Made by a program: the position numbers and the translations under genes. 64,000 bases of DNA, taken from NCBI GenBank assembly GCA_963834935.1, contig CAWIDS010000001.1, positions 65,338-129,337 of the forward strand, written 5' to 3'. The notes under the pieces were generated by a model. The model saw only the letters and a program-made list of their open reading frames with translations. It searched no databases and was not told the origin of the DNA. This DNA is from Candidatus Nomurabacteria bacterium (GTDB taxonomy: Bacteria; Patescibacteriota; Minisyncoccia; Phycocordibacterales; CALRBL01). Below are positions 8,435 to 18,071 of the stretch, piece by piece. How positions within the stretch are numbered: position 1 is the stretch's first letter; each line of letters starts with the position of its first letter.

Positions 8435-10363
8435 ATGAATACAGGTAATCCCGTGGTGACCGGAAAAATGAGTATCACTAGCAAAGGTATAGGCTACATC
8501 AAGAATACTGAGTTTTCCGAAGATTTGGAGATACAAAATAATTTTCTCAATACAGCTCTCCATGGCGATGAGGTGGAGGCAATTCTGCATGCCAAAGTGG
8601 AAGGCATGCGCCAGAACGGCGAAGTAATCAAGATCCTCAAGCGGGCAAAGCAGAACTTCGTCGGCATCCTCGAGAAAGCCCATGGTATGCATTTCCTCGT
8701 GCCAGACGACAAAAAGATGTACATGGACCTCGTCATTCCTGAAGGAAAGACCATGAATGCAAAAGACGGCGAAAAAGTGATGGTTGAAATGACCAAGTGG
8801 ACCGATCCGAAAAAGAATCCCGAAGGGAATGTCATTAAGATCCTCGGGAAAAAAGGCGACAACAATGTCGAGATGGAATCGATCGTCCTTGAGAAAGGCT
8901 TTGACACTGACTTCCCTGCCGAGGTCACTGAAGCGGCTCATGATATCGAGCACTCCCAAAGGAAGATTACGGATGAAGAAATAGCATTGCGCCGAGACAT
9001 GCGGCGGGTATTCACTACAACCATCGACCCTGCGGATGCAAAAGATTTCGACGATGCCATTTCCGTGATAGAGCTTCCGAACGGAAACTACGAGATAGGC
9101 ATACATATTGCCGATGTCTCGCATTATGTCCGGGAAGGCAATGCCCTCGACAAAGAAGCCATCAAGCGGGGCTGTTCGGTCTATCTTGTCGACAGAACCA
9201 TCCCCATGCTTCCCCACGTACTCTCGAACGATGTCTGTTCCCTCAATCCTCACGAAGACAAGCTGACCTTCTCGGCAGTATTCGAGATAAGCCCTAAGGG
9301 AGAAGTGCTTTCGAAGTGGTTTGGAAGAACGGTCATCAATTCCGACAAGCGTTTCGTCTACGAGGATGCCCAAGATGTCCTGAATGCGGGCTCCGGCGAA
9401 TTCTTCAACGAACTATTCATTTTGAAATCGATCGCCAACATCTTGCGAAAGCAGAAGATCGCCAACGGCGCCATCGATTTCGAGACCACTGAAGTGAAGT
9501 TCCGCCTCGATGAGAACGGCAAGCCGCTTGAAGTCTACAAGAAGGAACGCCTTGATACGCACAAGCTCGTCGAGGAATTCATGCTTCTCGCTAACCGCGA
9601 AGTGGCACAGTATCTCGTCGAAGAACACCTGAAAAGGAAAGAAGATCCTATTGGCGTCTATCGCGTGCATGCATCGCCGGAAAAAGACCGCCTCAGCGAG
9701 CTGTCCATCTTTCTCAAAGCACTCGGTTATGAGCTCGATGTTAAAAAGGATGTCACGCCGAAGGATATTCAGAAAGTGCTCAAGGAAGTCGAGGGTGATC
9801 CGAACGAGAACCTCATCAAGACTGCTACCATCCGCTCGATGGCCAAAGCAATCTATAGCTCCCACAATACCGGCCACTTTGGCTTAGCCTTCAAGTATTA
9901 CACCCACTTCACTTCCCCTATCCGGCGCTACCCAGACCTGCTCGTTCATCGCCTGCTCCAAGACACCCTCGACGGCAAGAAGACCGACAGCAATCACGCC
10001 GCATTTTATGTCGGCGCCTGCCGCCAATCTTCGGAACGCGAGGTGCTGGCTTCCGAGGCTGAGCGAGCTTCTGTCAAATACAAGCAGGTCGAATACATGA
10101 TGGAGCGCGTCGGTCAATCTTTCGGAGGCGTCATCACTGGAGTGACTGAATGGGGTATTTACGTCGAAGAAGAAGAGACGAAATGCGAAGGCATGGTCAA
10201 GCTACGCGACCTTACTGACGACTTCTATACTCTGGACCAGAAAAAATACACCGTCACTGGCAGCAAGACCAAAAAAAGTTACACTCTCGGAGACAAGGTG
10301 AAAATAAAGGTGTTAGGTGCCGATATGGAGAAGAAGATCATCGACTACGCATTCGTGGTATGA
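8435..10363 (+). CDS. rnr: Ribonuclease R / RNase II family exoribonuclease
   Basis: 642 aa. It has cold-shock/OB domains at the N-terminus, RNB motifs 'DAKDFDDAISV' and 'HFGLAFKYYTHFTSPIRRYPDLLVHR', and a C-terminal S1 domain. Confidence 0.9.
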   Translation: MNTGNPVVTGKMSITSKGIGYIKNTEFSEDLEIQNNFLNTALHGDEVEAILHAKVEGMRQNGEVIKILKRAKQNFVGILEKAHGMHFLVPDDKKMYMDLVIPEGKTMNAKDGEKVMVEMTKWTDPKKNPEGNVIKILGKKGDNNVEMESIVLEKGFDTDFPAEVTEAAHDIEHSQRKITDEEIALRRDMRRVFTTTIDPADAKDFDDAISVIELPNGNYEIGIHIADVSHYVREGNALDKEAIKRGCSVYLVDRTIPMLPHVLSNDVCSLNPHEDKLTFSAVFEISPKGEVLSKWFGRTVINSDKRFVYEDAQDVLNAGSGEFFNELFILKSIANILRKQKIANGAIDFETTEVKFRLDENGKPLEVYKKERLDTHKLVEEFMLLANREVAQYLVEEHLKRKEDPIGVYRVHASPEKDRLSELSIFLKALGYELDVKKDVTPKDIQKVLKEVEGDPNENLIKTATIRSMAKAIYSSHNTGHFGLAFKYYTHFTSPIRRYPDLLVHRLLQDTLDGKKTDSNHAAFYVGACRQSSEREVLASEAERASVKYKQVEYMMERVGQSFGGVITGVTEWGIYVEEEETKCEGMVKLRDLTDDFYTLDQKKYTVTGSKTKKSYTLGDKVKIKVLGADMEKKIIDYAFVV

Positions 10364-10379
10364 TTCAGTAGGAGGTTAC

Positions 10380-10637
10380 ATGCTCTACTCAAGCCAAGAC
10401 GGCACATTTAAAATCGATATTCCTTTGAACGTGTGGGAGCTGCTTGGGCGGATAAACAGCAGCGAGCCCTTGATGCTCAATGGTCCAGAAGGACCTATCA
10501 TCTTCGAAGTGCTTAAGCTCGAATATAATCATGAGATGACTTCGCTCTATCTCTCAGTCCTTTCCAAGTACGGAGAGCTCAAAAGCTCGACTTCACACAG
10601 CTATCTCATACTTCAAGCAGAAAATCGGACAGCCTGA
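10380..10637 (+). CDS. Hypothetical small protein
   Basis: A strong SD sequence 'taggaggttacATG' sits upstream. An intrinsic terminator follows at about 10633-10660. The longer ORF from 10317 overlaps the end of rnr and is probably an artefact. Confidence 0.45.
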   Translation: MLYSSQDGTFKIDIPLNVWELLGRINSSEPLMLNGPEGPIIFEVLKLEYNHEMTSLYLSVLSKYGELKSSTSHSYLILQAENRTA

Positions 10638-10660
10638 CGTCAATTCGTCAGGTTTTTTAT
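10633..10660 (+). terminator. Rho-independent terminator-like hairpin
   Basis: Stem cctgacg/cgtcagg followed by a T run (ttttttatttgg). Confidence 0.6.
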
Positions 10661-12912
10661 TTGGCTACCGCAACAGCTTCGTCAAACTGGATCGAAAGCA
10701 GTTTCGAGAAACCTTCTGAACCCATGGTGACGCCGTAAATGATGCCCGCACGGGACATGGTTTCTCGGTTGTGGGTAATGAGGATGAGACCGGAGTGGGC
10801 AGAAAGCCGCTCGATCATGTCGCCGTATTTCCTGGAGTTCGCTTCATCGAGGGCAGCGTCAGTCTCGTCGAGGATGATGAATGGTGGCGGGTTGACCTGC
10901 GACAAGGCAAAAAGCAGAGCGATCGAAGTGAGAGCTCGCTCGCCTCCGGAAAGCATCACCAGGCCTTTGGTCTTCTTGTGAGGCAGCGCAACGTCTATCT
11001 CGATTCCCTCTTTTGCCTCTTCGTTCTCTTCTGATGGATTTTCAATCTCGGTCGGCTCCTCGTCTTCATCCAGCATTCTTCTTTTCTCTTCCTTGACCAG
11101 CTTGAGCGATGCATGGCCGCCTCCGAACATGAGCGAGAAGAAATTCTCGAACTCCTTGTTTATCTTCTCGATTCCCTCGCGGAATTCTGTGTTTATCTTG
11201 AGTTCCAACTCGGAAATAAGCGATCTGAGCGATAATGACGAAGCATGGAGATCAGACAGTTCCTTCTCAAGAAAAGCATCGCGCGCGCCTACTTCCTCGC
11301 ACTCCTTGATGATCTCCGCGCTATTGCCGATACCGGCTTCTTCAAGGCGAATCTTCTTGTGCTCGATTTCCTTCCTGCGCGCGACCTGAGCGGGCCTTTC
11401 TTCTTCGGGCAAAACGATTTCCGCTTGCTGATACTGGAGGACAGTACTTCCGAGAAGCATTCCCGCTTCGTACAGGTCTTTTTTCATCTCTTCGTCAAGA
11501 ATCTTTGTGCGCTCTTCCTCGATCCTCAGCGCGGAAAGCCTTGATTCGATTCCCTGCATCGAAGACATGAGCTCGAGCATCTTCTTTTCCGCTTCGAACG
11601 TGTCATCTTTCTTCTTTTCCATTTCGGCCTTGATGGCGTCCTGTTGGATGCGCAAGGCCTTCTCTTCTTCAGACAGGCGGCCAATTGACATCTCTATTTC
11701 TTCCTTCGCTTTCTTCTTTTCCTCAAGCTCGGCCTTGAATAAGGCTTTCCTTTCATCCGATTCTTTAGATGAAGCCGCTCGCGTATTTATGAACGTACCG
11801 CACGCATCCTTTATCTCGCGGATGATCTTGCGCAGCTCGGACGCGTCATTCTCATTTTCCGCGCGTTTCTCGTATTCCTCGATTTCTTTCTGCAATGTCT
11901 CCACTTCAGAGAGCATGATTGTTTTATGGGCGCGTTCCACGGCGCTCGCTTCTTCCTTGCGGATCGCCGAATTCAGATAGGATATTTCCGCTTCGATCTT
12001 TCCCGCTTCTCGTGACATGTTTTCTTTCCTGGCTCGCGCCTCGGCAGTCTTTTGCTCGAGCTGGATGATTTCGCTGCCTTTCTCGCTCTGCTCGTCTTTT
12101 TTATTCAGCACTTCCTTCACTTGGGCAAGCTGTTCTTTTAGATCGCTCAATTCGTTTTCAGGAACGCTTTTTGCTGCAGCGAGCCTATCCTTCTCCCTTT
12201 TTATATGATTATCCTCAGCCTTAAAATAAAAGAGGTACAGCGAAAAAAGCTCTTCCTTGAGGGCAAGAGCCTTTTCGAACTTTTCCACTTGCTTCTTGAG
12301 AAAACGCAGGTGCGGTGCGATCTCGCGGCGCAGGCTTTCCACTGATGCAATGTTCTCGTCGGTCCTCTCAAGCTTCCGCTCGCTTTCCTCCTTCTTCACC
12401 TGATAGCCTTTCAGGCCGAGTGCGTCCTCGAGCATGGAGCGGCGTTCCTTCGAGCTTGAGATGAGCATCCTGTCGGCTTCGCCTTGCGAGATGATGTGAT
12501 GGCCGGACGAGCCGATATGAGCGGAAAAAAGAAGTTCAGTGATATCCTTGAGTCTTACTTGCGAACCGTTAAGCGAGTATTCGTTCACGCCATCCCGATG
12601 GACGCTGCGCTCGATTGATATCTCGTCGAAATCCATCGGAAAAATGCGTGAGCGGTTGTCGAACACGAGCTTCACTTGAGCGCGGTTCGAGCGCGGCAGA
12701 GTTTTTCCGCCGTTGAAGATGAGGTCTTCGCCTTTTTTACCGCGAAGTGATTTGATCGATTGCTCGCCCAGAACGAAACGGAATGCCTCGGCGACATTCG
12801 ATTTTCCCGAGCCGTTCGGCCCGACGATGGCGGAAATGGATGAATTGAATTCCAGGACGGTCTTCTTGGCAAATGATTTGAATCCTGAGATTTCGAGCGA
12901 CTTCAAAAGCAT
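10657..12912 (-). CDS. SMC-like chromosome segregation ATPase, short form
   Basis: 751 aa. It has a Walker A N-terminus 'GPNGSGKSNVAEAF', a long coiled-coil, and C-terminal signature/Walker B 'LSGGERALTSIALLFAL...FIILDETDAALD'. Confidence 0.8.
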   Translation of the reverse strand: MLLKSLEISGFKSFAKKTVLEFNSSISAIVGPNGSGKSNVAEAFRFVLGEQSIKSLRGKKGEDLIFNGGKTLPRSNRAQVKLVFDNRSRIFPMDFDEISIERSVHRDGVNEYSLNGSQVRLKDITELLFSAHIGSSGHHIISQGEADRMLISSSKERRSMLEDALGLKGYQVKKEESERKLERTDENIASVESLRREIAPHLRFLKKQVEKFEKALALKEELFSLYLFYFKAEDNHIKREKDRLAAAKSVPENELSDLKEQLAQVKEVLNKKDEQSEKGSEIIQLEQKTAEARARKENMSREAGKIEAEISYLNSAIRKEEASAVERAHKTIMLSEVETLQKEIEEYEKRAENENDASELRKIIREIKDACGTFINTRAASSKESDERKALFKAELEEKKKAKEEIEMSIGRLSEEEKALRIQQDAIKAEMEKKKDDTFEAEKKMLELMSSMQGIESRLSALRIEEERTKILDEEMKKDLYEAGMLLGSTVLQYQQAEIVLPEEERPAQVARRKEIEHKKIRLEEAGIGNSAEIIKECEEVGARDAFLEKELSDLHASSLSLRSLISELELKINTEFREGIEKINKEFENFFSLMFGGGHASLKLVKEEKRRMLDEDEEPTEIENPSEENEEAKEGIEIDVALPHKKTKGLVMLSGGERALTSIALLFALSQVNPPPFIILDETDAALDEANSRKYGDMIERLSAHSGLILITHNRETMSRAGIIYGVTMGSEGFSKLLSIQFDEAVAVAK

Positions 12913-12935
12913 ATGTTGGAATTATATCACAAGCT

Positions 12936-13202
12936 ATGGTAAATTTTACGCAGATTATGTTTAATTTCATCATTCCTGGCGACATGGTCGGTTTCACCGA
13001 CGCAGCGCTCGATTCTCAAAGCCAATTCAGGCTGTTCGTGCAGAAATACGGAAACCGTTGGCGAGCCGTCACTATAGGCAACCTCCTTTCGGGAAACAAG
13101 CTCAAGGTTATCGAGGTCGAAATCCCCAATTGTTCCGATCCCGGCCGGCAATGGTTCTGCCCATCGCTTCTCGAAGTAAAGGAGCCGACGTACCTTTTTT
13201 AA
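12936..13202 (+). CDS. Hypothetical protein
   Basis: 88-aa ORF followed by a clean terminator. Confidence 0.35.
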   Translation: MVNFTQIMFNFIIPGDMVGFTDAALDSQSQFRLFVQKYGNRWRAVTIGNLLSGNKLKVIEVEIPNCSDPGRQWFCPSLLEVKEPTYLF

Positions 13203-13218
13203 GGATCATGTTCCCAGC

Positions 13219-13248
13219 TGCCCGCCCACTTGCGGGCTTTTTTATTTG
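13219..13248 (+). terminator. Rho-independent terminator
   Basis: Stem gcccgc..gcgggc followed by tttttt. Confidence 0.6.
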
Positions 13249-13252
13249 AAAT

Positions 13253-13945
13253 TTACCAAGACTTCGCTTCGAGGGCTTTTCGCGCCGCTTCCTGCTCGGC
13301 ATCCTGCTTCGATTTGCCGGTTCCTTCGGCAATCAAGTCCTCCTCAAGGTAGACACCCACGGTAAAATACTTGTCATGGTCGGGACCGAGCTGCTTGATA
13401 AGCCTGTATGACGGCGTAATGCTGATCCGTTCCTGCGCCTTTTCCTGGAACTTGCTCTTGGCATCTACCCACGAGCCGCCGCTGACTATTTTATCAGTAA
13501 GGCTCAATACGAAACGGAATATGAAATCATGCGCGCTACCATAGCCTTGATCGATGTAAATTGCGCCGATGATCGCCTCAAGGGTGTTAGCGAGAATGTA
13601 TTGACGTGCTCGGCCGGTATCCTTGGCTTCACCTTTCGAAAGGAGGAGAAAATCATTAACATTGAGAGTATTAGCCACCTCTGAAAGAGTGATAGCATTC
13701 ACCAGCGCCGAGCGCAGCGACGTGAGCTCTCCTTCCGGCTTATCGGGATAATTCTTGAAAAGGTAATCAGTCACCGAAAGCTCGAGCACGGCATCACCGA
13801 GGAATTCCAAGCGCTCATTATGCTCAAGACGCGTGCCTTTGTTCTCGTTCAGGTACGAGCGGTGCGTAAAAGCCTGCTTGAGCAGGTCTTTGTTCTTGAA
13901 TGTGATTCCTGTCTTTTCCTCGAACTGAGAGAATTCTTTCATCAT
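13253..13945 (-). CDS. rnc: Ribonuclease III
   Basis: 230 aa. RNase III signature 'ERLEFLGDAVLELSVTDYLF' plus a C-terminal dsRBD. Confidence 0.9.
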   Translation of the reverse strand: MMKEFSQFEEKTGITFKNKDLLKQAFTHRSYLNENKGTRLEHNERLEFLGDAVLELSVTDYLFKNYPDKPEGELTSLRSALVNAITLSEVANTLNVNDFLLLSKGEAKDTGRARQYILANTLEAIIGAIYIDQGYGSAHDFIFRFVLSLTDKIVSGGSWVDAKSKFQEKAQERISITPSYRLIKQLGPDHDKYFTVGVYLEEDLIAEGTGKSKQDAEQEAARKALEAKSW

Positions 13946-13963
13946 GTTTTTAGTTATTTTTTC

Positions 13964-14869
13964 CTATTTCTTGGCAAGCAATATGTTCACTGCCTTCGTC
14001 ACTATCGGCAATATGTCGTTATAAAAATTAAGGTCGACGAGATCGGCAAGCTTGAACCATTCCGCTTTGTCGAGGCCGCCGGATTCTCCGAGCTGAAGCG
14101 GCTGATATTTCGTCTTGGCAAGGAAGTAGACCACCTGCTTTCGCATCTTGCCTTCTTCGGGATGAGTAGCGATATATTCATTGCTTGCAAGCTCCTCTTC
14201 TATCTCGATATCAAGCCCGAGCTCTTCCTTTATCTTGAACACCGTTCCTTCCTTGACCTCGAGATCGGGCGGAAGGCCTCCTTTCGACAGCGTCCAGTGA
14301 CCGAAGACGTCATGCACGAAAGCAAGATAGTATTCCCCGTCATGTTTCGCATAGACCACTGCTCCTCCGAGCTTCTTGATGGGCATTTCCTCGTATGGAA
14401 TGTTCTTGAATTTATATGCTTTCGATTTCGAGACCTCATCTTTGCCCGGCTCTCCCATTTCTTTATAAACGGCACCGAGTACTCCATTAACGAATTTTCC
14501 TGAAGTCTCGCCTCCGAAGGTCTTGGCTAGCTCGATTGCTTCGTTGATGGCTACTTTTGACGGCACCTCGCCTCGATCGGCGAACAGAAGCTCGTACAGG
14601 CCGATTCGCAAGATATTCCTATCAACTATACCTATCTTGGCCAGGGGCCACTCAGGCGCCGCTTTGACGATAATATTATCGATATCCTCTCGCTTGGCAA
14701 TGACGTTCGTAATCAGCGTTTTCATGAACGGAAAATCTCCCATGCCCGGAGCGAACTCTTCGGCATTTCTGGTAAGCACTTCTTCGATGGCGTCAGACGA
14801 CAATTGTCTAAAATCCCATTCAAAGAGGGATTGCATGACTATTGATCTGGAAAGGTGCCGGTTTGCCAT
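13964..14869 (-). CDS. nusB: NusB antitermination domain fused to a C-terminal Nudix-like domain
   Basis: 301 aa. The N-terminal ~140 aa is NusB-like ('LFEWDF...VAINEAIELAKTFGGE'). The C-terminal ~150 aa carries an imperfect Nudix box 'GGLPPDLEVKEGTVFKIKEELGL'. Confidence 0.6.
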   Translation of the reverse strand: MANRHLSRSIVMQSLFEWDFRQLSSDAIEEVLTRNAEEFAPGMGDFPFMKTLITNVIAKREDIDNIIVKAAPEWPLAKIGIVDRNILRIGLYELLFADRGEVPSKVAINEAIELAKTFGGETSGKFVNGVLGAVYKEMGEPGKDEVSKSKAYKFKNIPYEEMPIKKLGGAVVYAKHDGEYYLAFVHDVFGHWTLSKGGLPPDLEVKEGTVFKIKEELGLDIEIEEELASNEYIATHPEEGKMRKQVVYFLAKTKYQPLQLGESGGLDKAEWFKLADLVDLNFYNDILPIVTKAVNILLAKK

Positions 14870-14898
14870 AAAGGCTTTGTTTTTCTATTTTGTGCTTC

Positions 14899-15123
14899 CT
14901 ACTTTACTGTCTTTTTGCTCTCTTTCTTTGCCTGTTTCTTGTCCATCTTCTTCATTACGTCGATGACCACACGTCCCTTATATTTGCCGCAATTGGCGCA
15001 TACGACGTGCTTGGCCTTTGGCTGGCCACAATCGGCGCACAAAGTGACGCTCGGAGCGGTCAAGGCGTGATGACTCCTTCTGCTTCCCGTTTGAGAACGG
15101 GTATGTCTCATGTGATTTACCAT
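14899..15123 (-). CDS. rpmF: 50S ribosomal protein L32
   Basis: 74 aa. 'RRSHHALTAP' and the Zn-ribbon CxxC..CxxC 'CADCGQPKAKHVVCANCGKYKG' are present. Confidence 0.85.
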   Translation of the reverse strand: MVNHMRHTRSQTGSRRSHHALTAPSVTLCADCGQPKAKHVVCANCGKYKGRVVIDVMKKMDKKQAKKESKKTVK

Positions 15124-15160
15124 GGGGTCAAATATAGCGGAAATGCCTTAAAAAGGCAAG

Positions 15161-15652
15161 CTATTGAGCAATATCGATGAGACCATTCGTAAGCGGCAAG
15201 CCATCTTCCTGGCTGACTACTATATTGTATGATCCTGGCGAAAGGCCTTGAGATCCACCTTTTACTGCATTAGATGGCGAGAGAGTAAAAGACCATTTGC
15301 CTTTAGTTACTGGAACTTTTTCTTTATAGAGAATTTGAGCAACATCACCTGTCGCATAAGGAAGTGTCTCAACATCTACCACAACTGATGATTCATTTAC
15401 TGCCGTGCCTGTGATTACTGGAAAGCTGGATTGTGAAACAACTGGATTCGAATAAATAGTAGCTGACGATTTCAAAACATTAGGCTTGGCTGCTGCAGGC
15501 GTTTGAGAAGATTGATTTGAATTACTTATGGTAGAAAGTTTCTGCTGACTGGCTTGGAGCTCGTACGTATATATAGCTCCTATGACGATAATCACGACTA
15601 ATAAAATGATAATTACCCAAAGAACGATAGAACCTTTTTGTTGATTTTTCAT
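15161..15652 (-). CDS. Hypothetical membrane-anchored (N-terminal TM) Ser/Thr-rich secreted protein
   Basis: 163 aa with a hydrophobic N-terminus 'IVLWVIIILLVVIIVIGAIY'. Confidence 0.45.
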   Translation of the reverse strand: MKNQQKGSIVLWVIIILLVVIIVIGAIYTYELQASQQKLSTISNSNQSSQTPAAAKPNVLKSSATIYSNPVVSQSSFPVITGTAVNESSVVVDVETLPYATGDVAQILYKEKVPVTKGKWSFTLSPSNAVKGGSQGLSPGSYNIVVSQEDGLPLTNGLIDIAQ

Positions 15653-15681
15653 ATGACATTATTATATCATAATCAATTTTT

Positions 15682-15766
15682 ATTGGTGCCCGAGGTGGGA
15701 ATCGAACCCACATCCCTTTCGAGACACGATTTTAAGTCGTGCGCGTATACCGGTTCCGCCACTCGG
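15682..15766 (-). tRNA. tRNA-Leu (anticodon TAA)
   Basis: Cloverleaf with a long variable arm. Anticodon loop CTTAAAA. The 3' CCA is encoded. Confidence 0.8.
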
Positions 15767-15829
15767 GCATAAAAGCAACTGTAGCAAAAAATTGCCCCGA
15801 CCTCAATTTTTATGCTAACCTATCGGAAG

Positions 15830-15913
15830 GCCGGAGTGGCGTAATTGGTAGCCGCGCGCGACTCAAAATCGCGAGGAGGTAACTCCGTGGAGGTTCGATT
15901 CCTCTCTCCGGCA
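15830..15913 (+). tRNA. tRNA-Leu (anticodon CAA)
   Basis: GCCGGAG acceptor stem, anticodon loop CTCAAAA and a long variable arm. It ends one nucleotide before the miaA start codon. Confidence 0.8.
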
Positions 15914-15914
15914 C

Positions 15915-16787
15915 ATGAATAACATACTGGTGATACTCGGTCCGACCGCTTCGGGCAAGAGCGACTTAGCAGTAACCCTGGCAAAAAGAATAAATGGTGA
16001 GATAATCTCGGCCGACTCGCGGCAGGTCTACAAAGGATTGGACATTGGCACCGGAAAGATAACAAAGAAAGAAATGAAAGGCATTCCCCACCATCTTTTG
16101 GACGTGGCTGATCCTACCGAGCGATTCACTGTGCAGGATTTTCAAGATCTCGCTTACCCAATCATCGATGACGTTCTCAAGCGCGGCAAGTTGCCGATCA
16201 TTTGCGGTGGTACAGGCTTTTACATCCAGGCAATTGTGGATGGCATCGTCTTGCCGGATGTACAACTTGACAAGGCACTTCGCACTAAGCTCGCAAAGCT
16301 TGATACTGTCGAGCTTTTCAAGATGCTAAAAAAACTTGATCCGAAACGAGCGAAAGATATCGATCAGCAAAACCGCGTTCGGATAATCCGAGCGATAGAG
16401 ATCGCAGAAGAAATGGGAAAAGTGCCGAAGCTCAAGGCAAAGCCGCGATACAAGGCAGAACAATTCGGCATCTATTACTCCGATGAGCTCCTGAAAGGAC
16501 GGATAAGGACGCGTCTCGAGAAAAGAATGAAAGACGGAATGATCGAGGAGGTAGAAAAGCTTCACAAAAAAGGCCTGTCATGGAAACGGATGGAAGAGCT
16601 CGGCCTCGAATACCGCTACTTGGCGCTGTATCTGCAGAAAAAAATTTCCAAAGAACAGATGATATCCGAGCTCGAGACAAAGATCTGGCAGTACGCCAAA
16701 AAACAGATGACTTGGTTTAAGAGGGATGGGAGGATACAATGGGTGCATGTCACAGGAAATGCCCAGTCTCGAGACGATAAAAGCTAA
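15915..16787 (+). CDS. miaA: tRNA dimethylallyltransferase
   Basis: 290 aa. P-loop 'ILGPTASGKSDLA' and 'ISADSRQVYKGLDIGTGK' are present. Confidence 0.9.
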   Translation: MNNILVILGPTASGKSDLAVTLAKRINGEIISADSRQVYKGLDIGTGKITKKEMKGIPHHLLDVADPTERFTVQDFQDLAYPIIDDVLKRGKLPIICGGTGFYIQAIVDGIVLPDVQLDKALRTKLAKLDTVELFKMLKKLDPKRAKDIDQQNRVRIIRAIEIAEEMGKVPKLKAKPRYKAEQFGIYYSDELLKGRIRTRLEKRMKDGMIEEVEKLHKKGLSWKRMEELGLEYRYLALYLQKKISKEQMISELETKIWQYAKKQMTWFKRDGRIQWVHVTGNAQSRDDKS

Positions 16788-16868
16788 GTATATAAAGCCT
16801 GAAGATAGCGAGCTAAGCAAGCATCTAATGCACCTTAGGGGAGAGCAATTCGATTCAGCCTACCTTCA

Positions 16869-17138
16869 TTGGGTCGAGTCATCGAACCGGAAAGGAATCC
16901 CGGAATCGAAAGACTCGAACAGCTCGCCCAAAACATAAGAGTGATGATACGCAAAGGAGTCGTCCTTTCTGAAATCGGAGGATATGCTAAAGAAGCTATT
17001 ATGGAGTTCAGGACTGCCAACGAGCTTCTCGCAGAACTTCCCGACGAAGACTACGCCGAGCTTCAGGAATTGGCAGATGACTTGTTCGAATTAGGAACCG
17101 CAGCAAAAGCTGCTTTAGATAATGAAGTTGAAGAATAA
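16869..17138 (+). CDS. Hypothetical small acidic protein
   Basis: The ORF was called from a TTG. A plausible internal ATG start at 16944 would give about 64 aa. No recognisable domain. Confidence 0.3.
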   Translation: MGRVIEPERNPGIERLEQLAQNIRVMIRKGVVLSEIGGYAKEAIMEFRTANELLAELPDEDYAELQELADDLFELGTAAKAALDNEVEE

Positions 17139-17682
17139 AATGACTAAAACCCAAAAAATCAATAATATGTATCCGCTTCACTGCCGAGCTTTCAAAAGCT
17201 TTTTAGCTGTGCCAAAAAGCGCAAGCGCGAAGCTTCCTTCTCAAGGTATGACGATTGTCGAAGGTGTCATCAGCCTCTACCCTTTCAGGACTTCGCTCGA
17301 AGCAGGAAAATGGATCACCAAGCTCAAGATGACTAAAGCGATGCATGACGCCTCAGGGGTAAAAGACGGCGAAGCCGTAGCGGTAGAGATTACGCGTGTC
17401 GCAGACGAGCCTGAAATCCGCGTGCCGGTTGATCTTTACTCTGCACTTAAAGCCGTGCCGCGCGCACTAGCGACCTGGAATGATATCACTCCGATGGCGC
17501 GACGCGATTGGATCCTCTGGATGATTACCATCAAGCAGATCGGAACGCGCAAGCTCCACATAAAGAAAGCCTGCGACATGCTCTCATCCGGCAAGCGCCG
17601 CGTATGCTGCTTTAGCGGCATAAAGTGGCTGATCAAGGATCACGATGGAGCGACATGGGTACCGTTGGCGAAGGTGAAGTAG
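17122..17682 (+). CDS. DUF1905 / YdeI-OmpD-associated family protein
   Basis: 186 aa. The C-terminus 'ARRDWILWMITIKQIGTRKLHIKKACDML' resembles the YdeI/OmdA family motif. The start codon is uncertain (possibly MYPLH...). Confidence 0.45.
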   Translation: MKLKNKMTKTQKINNMYPLHCRAFKSFLAVPKSASAKLPSQGMTIVEGVISLYPFRTSLEAGKWITKLKMTKAMHDASGVKDGEAVAVEITRVADEPEIRVPVDLYSALKAVPRALATWNDITPMARRDWILWMITIKQIGTRKLHIKKACDMLSSGKRRVCCFSGIKWLIKDHDGATWVPLAKVK

Positions 17683-17731
17683 TAACAGGAATCGTTCCTT
17701 ACAGGAACTGCACACCTACGGAGTTTTTAAT

Positions 17732-17805
17732 GCGGGAGATGGAGGAATCGAACCCCCGACAAGGCGTTTGGAGTGCCTCGTTATGCCACTTAACTAATCT
17801 CCCGT
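17732..17805 (-). tRNA. tRNA-Trp (anticodon CCA)
   Basis: Anticodon loop CTCCAAA, T-arm GGTTCGATTCC and a CGGGAGA acceptor stem. Confidence 0.75.
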
Positions 17806-17821
17806 GAGCCACACAATAACA

Positions 17822-17852
17822 GAAAAAAACGCTTTTTCGAAAGCGTTTTTTC
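17822..17852. terminator. Bidirectional intrinsic terminator (perfect palindrome) between tRNA-Trp and rpmG
   Basis: Sequence aaaaaacgctttttcgaaagcgtttttt: a stem flanked by an A run and a T run. Confidence 0.6.
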
Positions 17853-17858
17853 TTTGTC

Positions 17859-18014
17859 TTATTTCTTCACTTCCTTGAAAACCACTCTCTTTCGGAGCTT
17901 CTTGCTGTATTTCTTGAGCTCGATCTTTCGCTCCACCTTCTTCTTGTTCTTTCGGGTGTGATAGACCTCGCCAGTTTCCTTGTTCTTGATGATGATAAGT
18001 TTATCTTGTGACAT
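17859..18014 (-). CDS. rpmG: 50S ribosomal protein L33
   Basis: 51 aa, below the ORF-track cutoff. Manual translation gives MSQDKLIIIKNKETGEVYHTRKNKKKVERKIELKKYSKKLRKRVVFKEVKK, which has the bL33 pattern (KNK..(P/V)EKLELKKY...V.FKE). Confidence 0.75.
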   Translation of the reverse strand: MSQDKLIIIKNKETGEVYHTRKNKKKVERKIELKKYSKKLRKRVVFKEVKK

Positions 18015-18071
18015 AGGTGTCCACTATATCCTAAGGCCTCCGAAAAATCAACCTGCCGACAACATTATCGC

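Noticed and set aside
15820-16065. 81-aa minus ORF and 25169..25408 + ORF
   Set aside because: They overlap tRNA genes (tRNA-Leu CAA, tRNA-Leu TAG, tRNA-Lys) and the miaA start; they are spurious translations of structured RNA.
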